The translations under genes and the position numbers were made by a program. Below, in pieces: positions 59,780 to 64,000 of a stretch of DNA of 64,000 bases. Location of the stretch: positions 2,336,001 through 2,400,000 of the forward strand of contig CAXXTU010000002.1 in NCBI GenBank assembly GCA_963662655.2. The letters are read 5' to 3'. The first letter of the stretch is position 1, and each line of letters opens with the position of its first letter. This DNA comes from Candidatus Cloacimonadales bacterium (lineage in GTDB: Bacteria; Cloacimonadota; Cloacimonadia; Cloacimonadales; JAIOQZ01). A model generated the notes under the pieces. That model was not told the origin of the DNA, searched no databases, and saw only the letters and a program-made list of their open reading frames with translations.

Positions 59780-60154
59780 ATGAAAAACAAATATCGGTTA
59801 GACATATCACTTCCGGTCGATCGGCTCTTCTTCGATCTGATCACGGCATTTGACAGCGCCCAGCTCGACAAAGAGATGTTCCAGAGAGCGCTCGAAGCAG
59901 AAGCAAAACTCCAGCCCCTCGATATCTGGATCGAGGAGAATCTCAAGAACATGCTGCTCGGCAATCGTTTCGGAGTCATTGAACCAACCCTGCCGCCATC
60001 TTTCCGCTTGGCGCCCAACGATACGGCTACCAGACAGGATTCGTATCCCGTGTTCCCCGAGTACGCCACTCGCTGGCTCACCAATCCCGACAGCCTCCAC
60101 GCCTCCATCGTGCAAGCGCTCGCAGACCACACCGAGGATATCGAACAAGCCTAA
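59780..60154 (+). CDS. Hypothetical protein downstream of nrdG
   Basis: AGGA RBS; 15 nt after nrdG; host-like codon usage. Confidence 0.6.
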   Translation: MKNKYRLDISLPVDRLFFDLITAFDSAQLDKEMFQRALEAEAKLQPLDIWIEENLKNMLLGNRFGVIEPTLPPSFRLAPNDTATRQDSYPVFPEYATRWLTNPDSLHASIVQALADHTEDIEQA

Positions 60155-60170
60155 TAGTAACTCGATCGCG

Positions 60171-60328
60171 CTTCGTGAGTAGATTCGTTCAATCTGACGC
60201 GAAGACGTGGTGTTATACAGCGGAAAGCGTGTGCAATATCCAGAACCTCATATAAAACATCCGAGATACGCTTGCAGCTGTATTATATCCACGGCGTAGC
60301 GGCACGATCGAGCGAAGATGCCACGAAG
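60171..60328 (+). ncRNA. Candidate structured element, copy C
   Basis: CTTCGTG/CACGAAG, TTCGTTCAATC/GATCGAGCGAA, CGTGG/CCACG, ATACAGC/GCTGTAT, AAGCGTGT/ATACGCTT; both arms homologous to copy B. Confidence 0.55.
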
Positions 60329-60447
60329 AAACATCTCTGGACAATCGCATTCCTCGCTTTGTAACACACTCAATGGATTCTCGTTAATCAAATTGAAATG
60401 TATGGAAGAAATGATAAATCTCCACGCAACATACTTCAGGAGGAAAA

Positions 60448-60663
60448 ATGTATTCACAGAAGGAAAAGAATGGTTCCATGATCTGGGTGCGGGAAGACCT
60501 GTTCAATCGTCAAAAAGAGTTCTGCATGTGCTGGGATTGCTCGAAATTTGCGCCGGAACGCGATGACAAGGGATGCCCGATTATCAGGCAAGTCCTGGCG
60601 CTTGCCGCAGAAAAGAAAATCGTATTGCCGGTTTGGGAATGCGCTGAATTTATCGAGAAGTAA
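60448..60663 (+). CDS. Small Cys-rich protein (71 aa)
   Basis: AGGAGG RBS; CxCxxC...CP...WEC. Confidence 0.75.
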   Translation: MYSQKEKNGSMIWVREDLFNRQKEFCMCWDCSKFAPERDDKGCPIIRQVLALAAEKKIVLPVWECAEFIEK

Positions 60664-60692
60664 ACAATCAATGCGTTTTGAGCTGCTGGGGA

Positions 60693-61271
60693 TTACTGTT
60701 TCTCCGGCAGCTCCCGATCAATATACATATCGATATCGACGATCATCTCCAGAATTGCATGCTCGATGGCTGTCGTCAATTGCTGCTGCGATGTCTCGTC
60801 TCCTTCCACCGCGACCTTGAGATTGACCACGACCGGCTTCTGGAATTTCTTCGTGTGGTTCTGCACGGAGATTTCCGCGATGATCCCCAGTTGATATAGA
60901 AAATCGCGCGTCGCCTTGTTCAGGTTTTCCACCTTGCTCTTGAATGTCTTGATCTCGATGATAATCGTGCCGTCAGGAGGCGTGTTATCTCCGGTGAACT
61001 TGTAGTTCGCCCACTGCGTTAGCGTTGAATCGAGAGCTGTGAAAAAGGCGTATTCGTAGTAATGTCCACTGGGAGCTTGAATCGCAACAAGGTTGGCTTC
61101 CTTGTAGGGTTTCAGCGACACATCGTACTTCACATCGACTGTATTGAAAGTATCCAGAGCCTCCTGAGGCAATCCCGATTTGATCGACAATTGATATACC
61201 GTTGGCGGTATGAAAATCGCGCATCCGGCAATGATAATAGCGATCAATACAACTGGAAGAATCCATCTCAT
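60693..61271 (-). CDS. Hypothetical lipoprotein
   Basis: IAGC lipobox; ATGA overlap with ycaQ. Confidence 0.7.
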   Translation of the reverse strand: MRWILPVVLIAIIIAGCAIFIPPTVYQLSIKSGLPQEALDTFNTVDVKYDVSLKPYKEANLVAIQAPSGHYYEYAFFTALDSTLTQWANYKFTGDNTPPDGTIIIEIKTFKSKVENLNKATRDFLYQLGIIAEISVQNHTKKFQKPVVVNLKVAVEGDETSQQQLTTAIEHAILEMIVDIDMYIDRELPEKQ

Positions 61272-62497
61272 GTTTTAAGCAACCTCTTCAATATCGAATG
61301 TACCTTTTTCGGTTCGCATTTTTCGATAATAATATGATTGCATTGGTTGAATCTGGCAAAATCTTTCATTGCAGCGACCAGCTCCTCGATATATCGATCA
61401 TCGATGGAAGCCGGATCCTCATGATGGACATTTCTCACGATCAACGTCTTTTCCCTGCGCTCCGCCTTGGAATCCATTCGCCCCGTAAACACTCCGTTCC
61501 AGAGAATCGGCGTCGTGAAGTAGCCGTATATCCGCTTCGCGGCAGGGACGTAGCACTCGAGCTTGTAATCAAAACCGAACAATTGAAGAATGCGATCCCG
61601 CAGGATAATGCTGTTGTCGAACGGGGAAAGAATCTTGCAAGCCGAAGGCGGTTCATTGATCAGGCTTTCGTTCTCGAGATCGGTCTTCCTCAAGAACCAC
61701 AAGGGCTTCTCCAGCGATTCAACCGAAACCGGAATGATTTCGCCATCCTCGAGCATAAGCTTGATGGCTTTTCGAATGATCGACTTGGACGTGATGGGCA
61801 GATGGTCGAACACATCCTTTTCAGTGCAGATTCCGTGCGCTCGCAGCGCCGTTCGGACAAGGAAGATGCCCAACTCGTTGTCCGACGGAACCGTAGTATC
61901 GACGCTCGATGGTAGAACGCGTTCGGTTAGGTCGTATACCCGTTGAAAGCCTTCGCGACTGGAGATCATCAATTCGCCGCCCCAAAAAAGGAGTTCCAGC
62001 GCTCTTTTCGCCGGTTTCCAGTCGCCCCAACCGCCCTCACGGGTGTTTCGCTCGTCTTCGAAATCCCTGGAAGCCAGCGCGCCTTCAGAGCGGATGCGGG
62101 TCCGTACTTCATCCATGATCTTATCATGCGTATCCAGACCGAGCCACTCACGGGCGCTTTTTCTGAATTTACGCTTCATAAGGGGAATGTAGAAGCGGTA
62201 ATCCCTCATGGGGAGAATGCTTGCTGCGTGTCCCCAGTACTCGAACACGGCACGATCGGTCTTCTGGAGCTCGTCCAGATCGCCGTGCAGATACCGGTTG
62301 TCTCTTGCCCACATCGTGTGATGATGAGCTCTTTCGATGACGGAAATCGTATCGATCTGCACGTAACCGAGATGCTCGATCAACGATTGCGTACGGCGCT
62401 TGCCTTCACCTTCCAGATAGGGGAACTGTCGGTTCAGGGCAAGATTCCGCGCAGCGTGAATATCAACTGTCGTCTTGGGTGTGAGCGTCAATTTCAC
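61268..62497 (-). CDS. ycaQ: YcaQ/AlkZ-family interstrand-crosslink DNA glycosylase (HTH_42)
   Basis: LG.VQID.I.V..RAH (QxD), FEYW.H.A, F.R.YDL.ERV.P, LSPFD...DR...LF.F.Y.LECY.P..KR.YGY. Confidence 0.9.
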   Translation of the reverse strand: MKLTLTPKTTVDIHAARNLALNRQFPYLEGEGKRRTQSLIEHLGYVQIDTISVIERAHHHTMWARDNRYLHGDLDELQKTDRAVFEYWGHAASILPMRDYRFYIPLMKRKFRKSAREWLGLDTHDKIMDEVRTRIRSEGALASRDFEDERNTREGGWGDWKPAKRALELLFWGGELMISSREGFQRVYDLTERVLPSSVDTTVPSDNELGIFLVRTALRAHGICTEKDVFDHLPITSKSIIRKAIKLMLEDGEIIPVSVESLEKPLWFLRKTDLENESLINEPPSACKILSPFDNSIILRDRILQLFGFDYKLECYVPAAKRIYGYFTTPILWNGVFTGRMDSKAERREKTLIVRNVHHEDPASIDDRYIEELVAAMKDFARFNQCNHIIIEKCEPKKVHSILKRLLKT

Positions 62498-63731
62498 CGG
62501 CCTTGGTCAATGCTATTTTTGTAAGGATGGGACCAACGATTTCGAAGAAGATACACGTTGCCGTAACCGTTGTGATAACGATTGCACCGATGTGCTCGCC
62601 CCGCGTCATCTCCCCGGCGGCAGTCTGTATGGTTTTTCCGATGCCTGCAAACTCGTGTTTGACGATCAGCGACAGACCAATCGCGACACCGGCCTGAGAA
62701 AGTATTCCCATACCCGTGTATTTGCGTATTTTGCTCTCTACCTTACCCAGATAACCGCCGAGAACCGAGCCGCCCATCAATCCGACCGTGCGCGAAAGGA
62801 TATAGATAACACCCAGTAATCCGAGGGCCGGCAGATTGGAAAGGTGCAGATTGGCTCCCGCAAGGGTGAAGAAGAGCAGAAACAGAAGCGGCATAATGAA
62901 TGGAAGCCTGTCGTGAATCCTCTGAACAAGCGAATGCGGCTGCGTGTTTACCACCAGCATACCGAAAACCATATTGGTGAGGATGATGGACAGGTGCAGC
63001 ATATCGCACAATCCGGAAGAGAGAAAAACAAAACCGAAAAGCATCATGAGCACGTCGCTCGCGTTGTTCAGCCTGCGAGACATCAACGAGAATATCCAGC
63101 CTGACGCAATACCGACAGCGATGCTGAGAGATATCTCGATAATCGGACTCATGAGAAGCTGAAGCAAGCCGACCTCCGCGCCACCGCCTTCCTTGATCAG
63201 TATCATCTCGGCGAACGAAGCGGCGAATCCAAAAATGATGATTCCGAGACCGTCGTCGAATCCAACCACGGCATAGAGTGTTTTGGTCAGGCTTCCCCGA
63301 GCCTTGTATTCCTGGATAATGGCCACGGTGCCGGCTGGAGCGCTGGCCGGAGCAATCGCGCCGAAAATCAAAGCAAGCGGTAGATCGCCTGTGAAGAGAT
63401 AAAGCGCTCCAAACACTACGATGAACGCCCCGAAGGACTCCATCAGGATAATCCAGATGATACCCATTCCGAGCTTTTTCAGGCTGGAAATCTTCAGTTC
63501 CAGTCCGATACTCACCGCCACAAAGCTCAGGGCAATTTCCGTTATAAAACTGAGTTTGGTTTGAAGATGCTCCGTGAGTATTTCGAGGATGGAGGGTCCG
63601 AGCAGCACCCCCAGAATCATATACCCGATGATCGAAGGTAGCCGCAGGAAACGCATGTTTCTTCCTACGTGGAAGGCGAAAATGATGATCGCTCCGAGAA
63701 TTACGAATATCGAAAGTTCAAAAGGTATCAT
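62463..63731 (-). CDS. Cation:proton antiporter
   Basis: LP.I.GY...G.LLGP, IG.EL, APA.T..I..EY.A.G.LT.TL..VV..DD, QAGVAIGL, E.VGP. Confidence 0.9.
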   Translation of the reverse strand: MIPFELSIFVILGAIIIFAFHVGRNMRFLRLPSIIGYMILGVLLGPSILEILTEHLQTKLSFITEIALSFVAVSIGLELKISSLKKLGMGIIWIILMESFGAFIVVFGALYLFTGDLPLALIFGAIAPASAPAGTVAIIQEYKARGSLTKTLYAVVGFDDGLGIIIFGFAASFAEMILIKEGGGAEVGLLQLLMSPIIEISLSIAVGIASGWIFSLMSRRLNNASDVLMMLFGFVFLSSGLCDMLHLSIILTNMVFGMLVVNTQPHSLVQRIHDRLPFIMPLLFLLFFTLAGANLHLSNLPALGLLGVIYILSRTVGLMGGSVLGGYLGKVESKIRKYTGMGILSQAGVAIGLSLIVKHEFAGIGKTIQTAAGEMTRGEHIGAIVITTVTATCIFFEIVGPILTKIALTKAGEIDAHTQDDS

Positions 63732-63760
63732 TTAATTTCCTTTACAGTCATAAAAATAAG

Positions 63761-63793
63761 ATCCGGCTTGATGAACGCGTCGTCAAGCCGGAT
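63761..63793 (-). terminator. Terminator-like hairpin between the tandem antiporter genes
   Basis: ATCCGGCTTGA/TCAAGCCGGAT followed by CTTATTTTT on the minus strand. Confidence 0.6.
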
Positions 63794-63798
63794 ATCAT

Positions 63799-64000
63799 TT
63801 ATTCATCGTCGTTATGTTTCGCGTAAGGATCGTACGTGATTTCCCCTGCTTTCTGCAGTGCGATTTTCGCCAGAATGGGGCCAATGATTCCGAAGATGAC
63901 GCTGGTAGCCGTAATCGTGGTAATCACCGATTCCCCGATCAACGCTCCGTGGTGGATCATCTCGCCGTCGAGTCCCTTCACCATAGCGCCCAATTCGCCA
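63799..64000 (-). CDS. 3' end of a second, paralogous cation:proton antiporter (partial)
   Basis: VITTITATSVIFGIIGPILAKIALQKAGEI matches VITTVTATCIFFEIVGPILTKIALTKAGEI. Confidence 0.8.
   Translation of the reverse strand, partial: GELGAMVKGLDGEMIHHGALIGESVITTITATSVIFGIIGPILAKIALQKAGEITYDPYAKHNDDE

Overview
Bacterial chromosomal segment of moderate GC. It is probably from Candidatus Cloacimonadota or a related FCB-group anaerobe (inference from the many secreted proteins ending in the NxPNPFNP...GQLV...KMxLLK FlgD/T9SS-like tail, class III RNR, and TPR/STAND-cyclase genes). Contents in order: a 5'-truncated GLUG-repeat surface protein; pseudogene debris beside tRNA-Thr(CGU); an Orn/Lys/Arg decarboxylase overlapping a class II LysRS; two TPR proteins with HisKA-only tails; five intact CTD-tailed secreted proteins; rel plus an MFS transporter; a seven-gene ACP/acyl-sugar/GtrA/GT2 operon; a TetR-TolC-MFP-RND pump; mreBCD-mrdA-rodA; a sulfite-oxidase-family protein with Ser at the Mo-ligand Cys; a cyclase-STAND-TPR protein; a metallophosphoesterase; nrdDG; ycaQ; and two cation:proton antiporters. 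No transposase, integrase, reverse transcriptase, CRISPR array or rRNA was seen. The strongest unexplained signal is a 120-160 nt rod-shaped non-coding element in three copies (13462-13583 +, 13611-13737 -, 60171-60328 +) with compensatory base changes and strand-specific G-U pairs. All calls are by-eye motif recognition; no searches or folding programs were run.
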